The notes under the pieces: generated by a model | What the model was told of the DNA's origin: nothing | The model's database searches: none | Seen by the model: only the letters and a program-made list of their open reading frames with translations | Assembly: GCA_000165345.1 (NCBI GenBank) | Contig: CM000436.1 | Span: forward strand, 128,001-192,000 | Direction: 5' to 3' | DNA: 64,000 bases | Part shown: piece after piece, positions 40,201 through 49,980 of the stretch | Numbering within the stretch: the first letter of the stretch is position 1 | Layout: each line of letters starts with the position of its first letter | Program-made: the position numbers and the translations under genes

Positions 40201-43200
40201 AAAGTGTTACTAAATTTAAATGATCTAAAATTACATTTTCTGGAGGAGCTTCAATTAATAAATTTATTGGATAATTTCCTTCATCACCATCTCCTCCGCC
40301 AGATCCACTTGGAACTGTTGGTTCGTTTGAAACTGTTGGTTTGTTTGGAATTGTTGGTTTGTTTGGAACTGTCGGTTTGTTTGGAACTGTCGGTTCGTTT
40401 GGAACTGTTGGTTCATTTGGAACTATTGGTTTGTTTGGAACTGTTGGTTTGTTTGGAAATGTCGGTTCGTTTGGAATTGTTGGTTTGCTTGGAAACGTTG
40501 GTAATACTGGTACACCTCCTGGTATTCCACTTGGTCTTCCTGATGATCCAGGCCAAGCTGGAATTGTTGGTTTCCCTGGGGCTCCTGCTCCTGCTCCTGC
40601 TCCTGCTTCTGGTCCTGGTCCTGGTCCTGCTCCTGCTTCTGGTCCTGGTCCTGGTCCTGCTCCTGCTTCTGGTCCTGGTCCTGGTCCTGCTTCTGGTCCT
40701 GGTCCTGGTCCTGCTTCTGGTCCCGGTCCTGCTCCTGCTCCTGGAGAAGATTCTTCAGAATCAAAGAATGAAGAATCATCCACTGAAGAAACATCAGTTA
40801 AAGGAGGAACAAACCCTCCAGAAAGAGTTGAGAAAGAGCAACTCTGTGTTGGAATAAATTTAGGACTCATAATATCAACTGGTACAAACAAACCATGACC
40901 ACTAGCACTTTTATAAGCACTTGGAGATTTCAATTCACTCGTAAGTTTATACAACTCAAGCAAAAGCTTCAAAAACTCAGCAGAAAATATATACTTTTGA
41001 GCTTTAAACATGCTATTACTACTCAAGAAACTTGTATGTTGCAAACCCGTATCAGCTGAACTACTTATATTATTCTTTTCTACATTCAACCCAGAAATAG
41101 TTCGTACTTCTAAAATCTTCTTTAACAACTTCTCGAGAAATTCAACCAACTTATTAATACTCGGAGTCAAAATAGAAAAGTCTTCATAAACGAATGAAGA
41201 AACTAATCCCATAGTTAATTGATATATAGACAAATCTTTCAATTCTGATCCTCTTGTAGTTGTACTTCCATCCAAAGATTGAATTGCTGTCTCCAATAAT
41301 CCTTCATATTCTAACTTTGCTTTACAATCATTTATAACTTTAAGAAGTTCTTCTAATAAACCAGGAATAAAACTTGACAAAACCGTATAATTATTTGCAT
41401 GTTTTTTATCAAGTTTTTTCCCATTTTCCAATATCACTTCTAATTGCAAATATCTATAATATAATAATGCCAATACCAAACTGTGACACTTTTGATTACC
41501 TTCCACCAACTTTGCGTCATTATTCACTAACTGAGTAAGTGTACTCTTATCAATTGATTTAACTTTTATATTAAACTTCATGGGTGGTTTAATCTCTTTT
41601 GTTTTTACCATATGCATTGTTAAAAGAGCTGTTAACAAACTTAATTGAAATTTTAATGAAAAAAATTGTAAATTATATTGCTCTCTCGATTCAGGACTTT
41701 GAATTTGTTTCAATTTGTTTAATATATATTCAAAAGTTTTTAAAAGTTGCAAAATTCTTTCTAGTAACATTAAAATCATATTAGTAGTAAGATTTTTTGC
41801 AAGATTTGTTTGATCTGATATTGAAAACCATCTAAATAATACTTTAAGTGAAGATAAATCATCTGTTTCGTAATAATCTCTTGGTAATCTTGATACAACT
41901 GGAAACAAATTTTCATCAAAATCAAGATTCAAATTTTCATTATTTACAGTAAATCTTAATTCAACACATTTTCTATATACAAATTGTAAAACTGGTTGAA
42001 TTTGGCTGTATATTGCCCTAAACCTAATAAATTTATCATTTTCCACAGTAACTCCTGTTGTAGTTGTTTGTGTTTGACCATTTAAATTTTCGAATAATTT
42101 CTTTAATGGTATTTTATTAAATTCCTTAAATTTTTCCAATTCTTTTTTAAGCATTTCAAAACTAACTGCTTGACATATTTGAGGTAAAGCCGTTGTTATA
42201 AAACTATTTCTCTTTTCATCATAAAAGCAAAGCATCTGCAAAACTTCAGTAAATAATATGGATTTATTCAATATAGCTAAAGTATTTTTAAGTATCATAA
42301 TTCTCTGATCTAAGAAATTATCAGTATTTTTTAAATAATCCAAAATTTTCTTTTCAGATTCTAATTGATTTAGAATTACTGTTCTTTTGTAAAAATGTGA
42401 CTTTAAAGTCTTTTGAATCTTTTCAATTTGGATTTGAAACGAATCATTCAAACATTTTTTAAAATCAAAATTAATTAAAGCTTCCAATACTTGTGAAATT
42501 GAAGTTAATAATTTATCTGTAAACAAAATAAGAGTTTTTGGCTGAAAATAACTAATTACCAAATTTTTAGGATCAAGTTCTCTTTATTTTTGAGTTTGAA
42601 TATATAGTTCGTGTTTATTCATAGGTAATCGACTTGCATCCTTTAATCTTTGAATTCGTCGTTTTTCTCTAGCATGAGCCTTTTGCTTACGTCTCATTTG
42701 CAAATTATCTAGATCTTGTTGTGATCTACCAGAATAAGGACTTGTAAATGGTCTATACATGACATCTTCATTAGCTACTTTTCCAGTAAGAATATCCTTT
42801 CTATATTTGCATTTATCAAGTTTAAGTTGATATTTAACAATCCTAGAAGCAAGTTCTTTCATTTGTAAGTACAACCTTTTAATGGCATTAGCTCTTTTAT
42901 CACATACTTCGCATCTATTTCCTTTTTGTTTTTTAATATTAGGATTATGGCACGTATGACTATCATAATTGCTTTTAAGAATTTTGGAATTATCTTTAAT
43001 TTTATTAAATTCAGCAGTCAATTTTTCGATTTTTGACTCCAATTGAGCTATTAAAATTCTTATTTCATTTAACGGAATATTGCTTAAAGTCCAATGTGTA
43101 ATTTCATTTTCTATTGTTAATTTAGAATTCTGGCTAAATCCTGGAAATTTTAAATAACATAACTCACTTATAATGATATTGGATTTATTATTAAGAAAGA

Positions 43201-43270
43201 TACCATTTTTCTTATAATTTGCCAAAAATACACTTAACAAAAAGATTACAAAATTTAACCACGTATTCAT
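37295..43270 (-). CDS. family member A of a giant secreted modular repeat protein (about 1990 aa as one frame). A single in-frame TAA at 42584–42586 splits it into a 227-aa N-terminal piece (42587..43270) and a 1755-aa remainder (37295..42562). It may be a pseudogene or carry a sequencing error.
   Basis: The N-terminus is a signal peptide, MNTWLNFVIFLLSVFLANY. Track ORFs 42584..43270 and 37295..42562 lie in the same frame, separated only by the TAA and 7 codons. Paralog C (60303..62249) reads straight through the equivalent position (..LYIQSQKQREMDFQTLVISYFQPK..). The modules, N to C, are:
- a basic coiled-coil N-domain containing GNRCEVCDKRANAIKRL;
- a large helical domain;
- PGPEAG and PTVPN(K/E)P repeats;
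- a conserved central domain;
- Gly-rich linkers such as GGAEGGAVGG;
- four to five helical motifs of about 50 aa (..SLSLEELIKASGYDKAALLSML..);
- 16-aa repeats PPPYQKPPSYPQPKPQI, five copies;
- a C-terminal 4-Cys domain (..GCKREVLELMKLLLKASEADLTNLKSL..GSGKCLVTNQ..GGMCNNCFICKSS..LVNYCTQNLRS). Confidence 0.6.
37700..37960. repeat. coding minisatellite of about five 48-bp units, encoding the 16-aa repeat PPPYQKPPSYPQPKPQI of member A
   Basis: The unit ggtggtatttgtggctttg(g/a)(c/t)(t/g)gtgggtatgacggtgg(t/c)ttttg(a/g)tat is visibly reiterated on the plus strand. Confidence 0.8.
38465..38760. repeat. coding minisatellite with a 30-bp unit cctccgactgcacctccctcagct (GGAEGGAVGG)n in member A
   Basis: The tandem reiteration is visible in the sequence. 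The track shows ORFs in all frames there. Confidence 0.8.
40300..40745. repeat. two adjacent coding minisatellites in member A. The 21-bp unit ggaactgttggtttgtttgga is repeated about 10 times and encodes PTVPN(K/E)P heptads. The 18/24-bp cctggtcctggtcctgctcctgcttctggt units encode PGPGPEAG.
   Basis: The tandem reiteration is visible in the sequence. Confidence 0.8.
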
Positions 43271-43952
43271 AATTAAAGATTTAATCTATGATTGCTATTA
43301 TTTTTTTCTTATCTTGTGTAAACTTAACTTGTATAATCCTTTATTTTACATACTAAATTATGTTCTGAAATATCCTATATTTAATTTAAAATAATGTAAC
43401 AAAAATTGACCAAGATCCGATTAAAATATCTTTCTTTGAATAGGAATAAACTGTTGTTGTTATTATTATTAAACCCCCGAGAAAAAAAAAAGATGAATAA
43501 ATGATTTTTTATTCCGAGCTACCCTCTTATAATATATATTGCTATATGTAAATATCTAACTAAAATTATTGAATTGATTTTTCATTTGGTGAAAAATTGA
43601 ATAACCCCAATTATAACAATAATTCTGTTACTTTAATTTAAAAAGTAGTACTGGTAACTAGAGATTAAAAAATAAACCATATATACCAGTAAAAAAAAGA
43701 AAACCCCATATAAATATAAAGCTTATTATATATATACGTAAAATTTTGATCGATATTATTCAATATTTATTTTTTAAAAAAAAAAAGAAATGAAGAAACT
43801 ATTTTGTTTTTGTACTTGTTATAATATTTAAAATATTCTCAAATAATAATCTTATATTATTTCTTCTCCCTTTAAATTTGACATGGAAAAAGGCTTTTTG
43901 TTTTTTCCTTTACTATTATTTTGAGATTCATAATTTTAGGATTACGCAATCA

Positions 43953-44188
43953 AACTTAGGCGGCACATTTCAAGATATAATATATTACATGTAATTTAAT
44001 CTTTAAATTACCCCACAATTTGAAAATAAAACTTTTAGAACTTCCCGCCACTTGGATATATTTAATTAATTTAGAAAATACTTTTAAGTCAATAAGTGAT
44101 TTTAGATTGGTTGATACTGCATATTTTTTGTTTTTTCTTTTTCTGTTTTAAAATAATAATAATAGTTATTATTATTATTATTATTTTA
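43953..44188. promoter_or_regulatory. conserved intergenic module of about 235 bp, located 690–920 bp upstream of member A. It is near-identical to 63003–63235 upstream of member C and carries two GC-box elements (cttaggcggcacatttc and cttcccgccacttgg).
   Basis: Direct comparison of the two copies gives, for example, acttttaagtcaataagtgattttagattggttgatactgcatattttttgtttttt against acttttaagtcaataagtgattttagattgattgatactgcatgttttttgtttttt. The flanking N-domain coding sequence is only about 50% identical at the protein level. Confidence 0.45.
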
Positions 44189-45255
44189 ATATTGTAAAAA
44201 ATAAAGAACATACTTTATTGAAAGGCCCAAACAAGATTTATATATATAGATATATTGGAACCACTTAATTTATTATTAATCAATGAGACAAAATCAGATA
44301 AGACAAGATCCAGATCAAAATATTATCTTTCATTCTTTCTTTGTTTTTTTTTAAAACTAGAAAAAAAAATTTATTATTAAATATCTAAAAGTAATAATAT
44401 ATTTATTATTGTCTTGAATTGCGTTCAATTAATATTATTTTATTATTTGTATTATTCACATATATATATTATATTCAAAATATGCATTTTAATGCAAAGA
44501 GAATATATAATATGCAATTTGTCATAATTAGTGGTAATAGTAAATAAATGGTAATAATAAATAAAATATTTAAGTTTACTTAATATTAAATTTTTATCTA
44601 TTTCTATTACTTAAAGTCTATATTTCATAAAAGTAAAGAAAACAAAATTAAAGAAAAAAAAAAAAAAAAAAGAGAAGAGAATCTCGAGTTTTTCCTCCTC
44701 TTTCATTTCTTTCTCTTTTTTTCCTTCATAATTTTATTTTTCGTTTTGTTAAGAAAAAAAAGTAAACACTTTACTATTTCTTAAGCAAATTAATATCAAA
44801 ATAAATCTATTTTCTTCTCATTATTATTATATATTACTGAGATAAGAATATTGAAATTAAATAGTATAAATCCATTTTTATAAATAATTCAAGTATAATT
44901 TTTTTTTTTTTAATAAATAGATTTTTGGCCTGATTCCAAGATTTCAAAATAAACATGTACAATTTATCGTATACAATATTAATGCATGCACGTTATAGAA
45001 GGAAAAAAATGGAAACAGCCCGCCTTTCCCACATGCTTTTGAAAAAAAAAAAAAATCATACTGTAAAAATAAAGAAATTCCATTCTCTCTTTTAATATTT
45101 GAATTTCATTGAAATATTAAAGTTACTTGATTAGTTTAACGAATTGAACAATTTTGACTTTTTTCTTTTTTTAAACTTTTTTTCATTCTAAAATTACTCT
45201 TCTCTTTAAAAAAAAAAATAAATATATAGATCGTAATCAAATAGAATTTAGTATA

Positions 45256-48200
45256 TTATCTTGAGTTTTTTTTACAATATTCAACCAAAACTTCCAATGC
45301 AGCTACTATTTTCTCCATATTTCTGACATTTCTATTATTAACTCTAGAGGAGTTACATACAAAACAATTATTGCATGTTCCTCCACTTCCTGACCTTTGA
45401 TCTGTATTTAAACATCTTGCTGATCCTTTTAAAAATCGTTCCAATGACTTTAAATTATTTAAATCTGCTATTGAAACTTTGAGTAAATGTAATAAAAGAT
45501 TTAAAGTAGCATTTGAACAACCACTTCTAACTGAATTTGAATGTTTTTCAATGGTTTTTGTGGAAATACTTGATGTATCTAAATTAGTTTTATCTAATGT
45601 TCCATTAGGATTAAACTTTAATTGAACTTTGTGCGAACCAATGATTGAAGTCGGTATTTGTGATGGTTGTGATGGTTGTGACGGTTGTGGATATGCTGGT
45701 GGTTGAGGATATGCCGGTGGTTGTGATGGTTGTGGGTACCTTGGTGGCTGCGGATATGCCGGTGGTTGTGATGGTTGTGGGTACCTTGGTGGTTGCGGAT
45801 ATGGAGGCGGCTTTGATGGCTGTGGATATGCTGGTGGTTGAGGATATGCTGGTGGCTGTGATGGTTTTGAAGTTGATCGTGGTGGACGTGGCTTCGGCTG
45901 TGATGGACCAAATGAAGATAATATATCATTGATAGAGGAAGGCGCTGGTTTTCTTTTTGGTATTTCTGTTCTTGAAGCTTGATTATTCGTTTCAATAGCT
46001 TGTTGTAAAATTTGTAAAAGAGTTTCTTTATTTTGATTTCCTGGCATATCTATGAAATCAATCAAATCTAAAGGAGTATTTGGAGGCACTACTGATCTTA
46101 CATAATCTAAATAGTATTTCAATACAACTTCATCATTTAATAAGAGCCTGCTTTCATCATCCAAAGCTTCTCCTCCTTCTGCTCCTCCACTTGCTCCTGC
46201 TCCTCCACTTGCTCCTGCTCCCCCACCTGCTCCTGCTCCTCCACCTGCTCCTGCTCCTCCACCTGCTCCGCCTCCATAAACATTCCCTGTAGAATTTGTA
46301 TTATATTCACTTAAAATATCCAATAAAGTATTTTTATCGTAACCTGCAACTTCAATTAATTCTTTCAAACTCAAGGATTGTTTTACCATAGAAACATACA
46401 AAGCATAAGCTTCTAATACTTGTTCATCTGACATAAGAGCATTAATTAAACTTGATGCACTTGTTCCTTCTTCACCTTCATTATCATTTCTTCCTGGTGT
46501 TTCTCCATTTGTGTTATTATTTTGTGAAGTTTTGATAAATTCAATCATTAAAGATAATAAGTAACTTTTATCGTAACTTGAAAGTTCGATCAAATCTTCT
46601 AAATTTGAAGGATTCTCAACAACGGAAGAATATAAAGCATAAGTTTCCAAAACTTGTTGGTCATTTATTATAGATGAAACGATGTTATTAGTTGATTGAA
46701 CCCCATTTTTTAAGCTTTGAACAATATTTTTTAAATATTCAGATAAACTTTGCCCTTCTGCTGAAGCTAATTCCTTGATACTATTCAAACTTAAAGGCGC
46801 TTCACCAGTAGCTAAACTCAAATAAAATGCATATAAGTTTTGTATTTCTTCATCTTCATCAAGATTTTCTTCCTCCCCTGCTCCTCCACTTCCGCCTCCA
46901 CCTCCACTTCCGCCTCCACTTCCACTTCCGCCTCCACTTCCACCTCCACCAGCTCCTCCACTTCCACCTCCGCCTGCTCCTCCACCTCCGCCTGCTCCTC
47001 CACCTCCGCCTGCTCCTCCACCTCCACTTCCTCCTCCCGGCGTATATTCATCCAGATCTAACTTAAATAATCGCCTTATTTTATCATTAAGCTTATTAAC
47101 TTCAACGTTAGTTACTTTCATACTTGAATGAATATCTTTTAAAGCAGTTGAAACTTTATTAAATAAACTATTATTAACATATTGTAATTGCACAAATTCT
47201 TTACAAGCTTCAAGTAGTAATTTATTTCTTCTAACTGCTGCTTTATATATCAAAGTTTGTGTTTTTAAACTTTTAATATCTTTACTTTTGCTTACAATAC
47301 CCTTACTTTTAAGATTTTCTTTTAGATTTAATGTTTTATCCCATAATTTTTTTAAATAAATTTCTGCTTTTGGTAAATTTGAATCAACACAAGTAAATGG
47401 AAATCTTGCTAGTTTATTAAATGGTGGATATATTAAACTTTTAATTGAAGATTCTTCTCCCAAAAGACTAGTAATATGTTTCCAAGGCAATTTATATTTA
47501 TTCATTTCTTTACATTTATCTAAAATAGCATTTAATTTTCCCAAAATATCTAAAAATATATTTGAAAGTAAATTCCTCTTTAGTAAAGTTTCTTTGTAAC
47601 AAATACTTTTAGTATGTTTTATACTTGCACCATCAGAAGAACTTAATCTATTTATTAATTCCATTACTGTTGAAATTCTTTGATTTATAAGCAATAATAA
47701 TCCTAAATCACATCCTTGTAAATATCTTATTGCATATTCAACTTTTTTTGGTAATAACATTGATTTTAATTTCTCTGTCAAAGTTTGAATACTTCCTTCA
47801 AAATCACATCTCAAAATTACTGATAAATCCAAATTGTTCAAAATTTCAGATTCTGCATCAACTCCTTGAATTGTTACATCTATTGGATAATTTTGTGGAT
47901 CCTCTTCATTCTCATCATTTCCTATTCCAGACCCACCCGGTCTTTCTGGCCAACCTCCTCCACCACCACCTGCTCCACCGCTTGACCCTGGTAGTCCACT
48001 CCCTCCTGATTGACTTGGCATTTCTGGTTGAGTTGGTATTCCTGGTTGAGTTGGTATTCCTGGTTGAGTACCTGGAAATGCTGGAGCTCCTGGTCGAGTT
48101 GGCTTTCCACCAAATCCTTGAGCCCCTGGTAATACTGGCACTCCCCCAGGCACAGCAATAGGCTTTGATGCTTCTTGCCCACCTGGTCCGCTTGGAACTC

Positions 48201-48714
48201 CTGGTTTTGTTGTTCCTCCTGGCATTGCTGGTCCACTTGTTCCTCCTGGCATTCCTGGCCAACTTGGAACTACTGGTTTTGCTGGTCCACTTGGTCCTCC
48301 TGGTGTTGCTGGTCCTCCTGGCATTGCTGGTCCACTTGGTCCTCCTGGTATTCCTGGTCCTCCTGGTGTTCCTGGTCCTCCTGGTATTCCTGGTCCTCCC
48401 AGAACTCCTAAAATCAAATCTCCCGACGAACTAAATATTTCTGTAAAATCATTTGAATCTGAAAATAAATCAAAACCATATAATTGTTGTTCTGGTAATA
48501 TACCATTCTCCAATGGAAATGGAGGAAAAACAAATTCCATCAATTTTGGGAATAAATTCCAATTCATTGTCAAAAAATGTGGTTCTCCTTTATTTTCTAA
48601 TGAATTATATAATGTTAAAATTCCAAATCTAAAGCAATATTTTATTAATCCATGATAAACCTTACTTAAAGTTGATATTAAACTCATTTCATTCATACTT
48701 TGTTTATCTTTCAA
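45256..48714 (-). CDS. family member B of the same giant secreted modular repeat protein family; the 5' end is incomplete and continues into low-quality sequence and the gap
   Basis: The track ORF of 1152 aa stops at TAA 45256–45258. It shares domain order and many blocks with member A: the central domain ([32 protein letters not shown]..), the helical motifs, and the C-terminal 4-Cys domain (..[60 protein letters not shown]). Its repeat units differ from A: [12 protein letters not shown] runs, [11 protein letters not shown] 11-mers, and an N-terminal Gly-X-Pro tract. Upstream of 48714 the frame continues with A-like sequence (..NLRSRETSNDIFGG.. compared with ..ILEVRTISGLNVEKNNISS..) but is broken by n calls. 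The true start is therefore not in readable sequence. Confidence 0.55.
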   Translation of the reverse strand: MKDKQSMNEMSLISTLSKVYHGLIKYCFRFGILTLYNSLENKGEPHFLTMNWNLFPKLMEFVFPPFPLENGILPEQQLYGFDLFSDSNDFTEIFSSSGDLILGVLGGPGIPGGPGTPGGPGIPGGPSGPAMPGGPATPGGPSGPAKPVVPSWPGMPGGTSGPAMPGGTTKPGVPSGPGGQEASKPIAVPGGVPVLPGAQGFGGKPTRPGAPAFPGTQPGIPTQPGIPTQPEMPSQSGGSGLPGSSGGAGGGGGGWPERPGGSGIGNDENEEDPQNYPIDVTIQGVDAESEILNNLDLSVILRCDFEGSIQTLTEKLKSMLLPKKVEYAIRYLQGCDLGLLLLINQRISTVMELINRLSSSDGASIKHTKSICYKETLLKRNLLSNIFLDILGKLNAILDKCKEMNKYKLPWKHITSLLGEESSIKSLIYPPFNKLARFPFTCVDSNLPKAEIYLKKLWDKTLNLKENLKSKGIVSKSKDIKSLKTQTLIYKAAVRRNKLLLEACKEFVQLQYVNNSLFNKVSTALKDIHSSMKVTNVEVNKLNDKIRRLFKLDLDEYTPGGGSGGGGAGGGGGAGGGGGAGGGGSGGAGGGGSGGGSGSGGGSGGGGGSGGAGEEENLDEDEEIQNLYAFYLSLATGEAPLSLNSIKELASAEGQSLSEYLKNIVQSLKNGVQSTNNIVSSIINDQQVLETYALYSSVVENPSNLEDLIELSSYDKSYLLSLMIEFIKTSQNNNTNGETPGRNDNEGEEGTSASSLINALMSDEQVLEAYALYVSMVKQSLSLKELIEVAGYDKNTLLDILSEYNTNSTGNVYGGGAGGGAGAGGGAGAGGGAGASGGAGASGGAEGGEALDDESRLLLNDEVVLKYYLDYVRSVVPPNTPLDLIDFIDMPGNQNKETLLQILQQAIETNNQASRTEIPKRKPAPSSINDILSSFGPSQPKPRPPRSTSKPSQPPAYPQPPAYPQPSKPPPYPQPPRYPQPSQPPAYPQPPRYPQPSQPPAYPQPPAYPQPSQPSQPSQIPTSIIGSHKVQLKFNPNGTLDKTNLDTSSISTKTIEKHSNSVRSGCSNATLNLLLHLLKVSIADLNNLKSLERFLKGSARCLNTDQRSGSGGTCNNCFVCNSSRVNNRNVRNMEKIVAALEVLVEYCKKNSR
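45650..45870. repeat. coding minisatellite with a 33-bp unit (ggttgtgatggttgtgggtaccttggtggctgcggatatgccggt type), encoding [11 protein letters not shown]-type 11-mers in member B
   Basis: The tandem reiteration is visible in the sequence. Confidence 0.75.
46170..47045. repeat. Gly/Ala/Ser-rich coding microsatellite blocks in member B (46170–46275 gctcctgctcctccacctgct units; 46880–47040 ccgcctccacttccacctcc units), separated by unique helical-motif coding sequence
   Basis: This is read directly. The units encode GGAGGGG and [12 protein letters not shown] runs. Confidence 0.7.
47930..48415. repeat. cctggt-based imperfect repeats encoding a Gly-X-Pro and (Ser/Ala)-X-Pro triplet tract ([42 protein letters not shown]...) near the readable N-terminus of member B
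   Basis: The tract consists of reiterated cctggtcctcctggt(a/g)ttcctggt units, with Pro at every third residue over about 45 codons. Confidence 0.7.
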
Positions 48715-49980
48715 ATTTTTTATTTCCTCTTTTCTTTCTTGAATTTTNTCCANTNNTGTACTGTAAATTCTTCAAAAATCTTCTTCTGNACATATATTTT
48801 GGNNCTATCTTCTCTTTTATTAAATAATTTTNTAAAACATTATCAATATGTATTATGTATTATTACTACTACTACCACCAAAAATATCATTACTTGTTTC
48901 TCTTGATCTTAAATTTAATTCATTCAACACTTCATTATTAATATTCAAATTTGAACTTTCTTTTGTTATNATTTTNTGAAATTGTTGTACGGAAAATCTC
49001 CTCTTTTAAAGGGTCATATGCTGATATTTGTCCNAAACCNTTATAATATTCAATTNTTCTCACACAACCNAATATTCCTGATGCANGAATAATCTANAGC
49101 TAAACTAANTCCAATCAATNNCTGATATTAATGTATAATAATTACAATTATTACNACNCTCTTNNATATNCCATCATGNAANGTGACTTGNNNTTCTCAT
49201 TCATACTTGAAACTGAATTTACATNCATTNATTCATNAAATNTACTTTCAAATNCTTGNCAATGNTGNNNCTATATGTTAATGNCTTAATAATTGATAAT
49301 TANNATAATNACNAGNTAATAAATGTCCAAATAAATTAATACCTGATGTNAAATCATAAANCATNTTATTTGATNTNTGTGATNCTAGAGATAAACCTTG
49401 TAATACAAATCTTGAAAAATNTTGTANTGAANGTAANATACTTTTGTGTCCAATATATATTTCATTAAATATTGTAATAGNCNTTTNCACATCTTTTAAT
49501 ANTATCTNGCTAANNATAATNATAAAGCTTCAATTATTANTAAAGTTCTNTACTGCTTCTTTTTTGNNATAGAATATTCACTTGAAACAANTTCTGGTGA
49601 TTNGAANTCCATAAAAGTATCCAATGNCTTACGTTTTTTTATTCTATCCCTTATTNATGNNAAAGANTNTATATGAGATTTTAATANNGATATATTAATA
49701 CTTGTACACATCGGGTAAACCTGCTAAATTTATTGCAAGATGATTTATTAGTGTATCTAANAATNTGGACAGATATGTATTCATTGTGTTGAATAATCAT
49801 ATTAATTCATCTGATANCAAATTATTNGNCCNTAAANGATCTTTCATGAAAGCCTTATCATAATCTGTTCTACGTTATTTTCAAACTGGACCATTTGNAC
49901 TAAATCATGNCCANTATTAAAGATTAGTAANNATTATCATCATCGNAGNCATTTTGAANAACCCANCCCCANCTGNCCCT

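Noticed and set aside
42563-42583. A short intron that would remove the in-frame TAA in member A
   Set aside because: No GT…AG pair brackets the stop. Members A and C are colinear codon by codon across the site. A single C-to-T difference explains the stop, so I treated it as a nonsense codon or a base-call error.
47930-48415. A true collagen (Gly-X-Y) domain
   Set aside because: Triplet periodicity holds for only about 45 codons and then degenerates. It is better described as a Pro/Gly-rich low-complexity spacer.
37705-48434. Many overlapping sense and antisense track ORFs inside members A and B (for example 37705..38010, 38453..38758, 38530..38820, 40054..40857, 40341..40898, 40423..40794, 45618..45995, 46080..46292, 46827..47066, 47730..48161, 48165..48434)
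   Set aside because: They lie over coding minisatellites whose repeats are open in every frame. The genuine frame is the one continuous with the conserved non-repeat domains on the minus strand.
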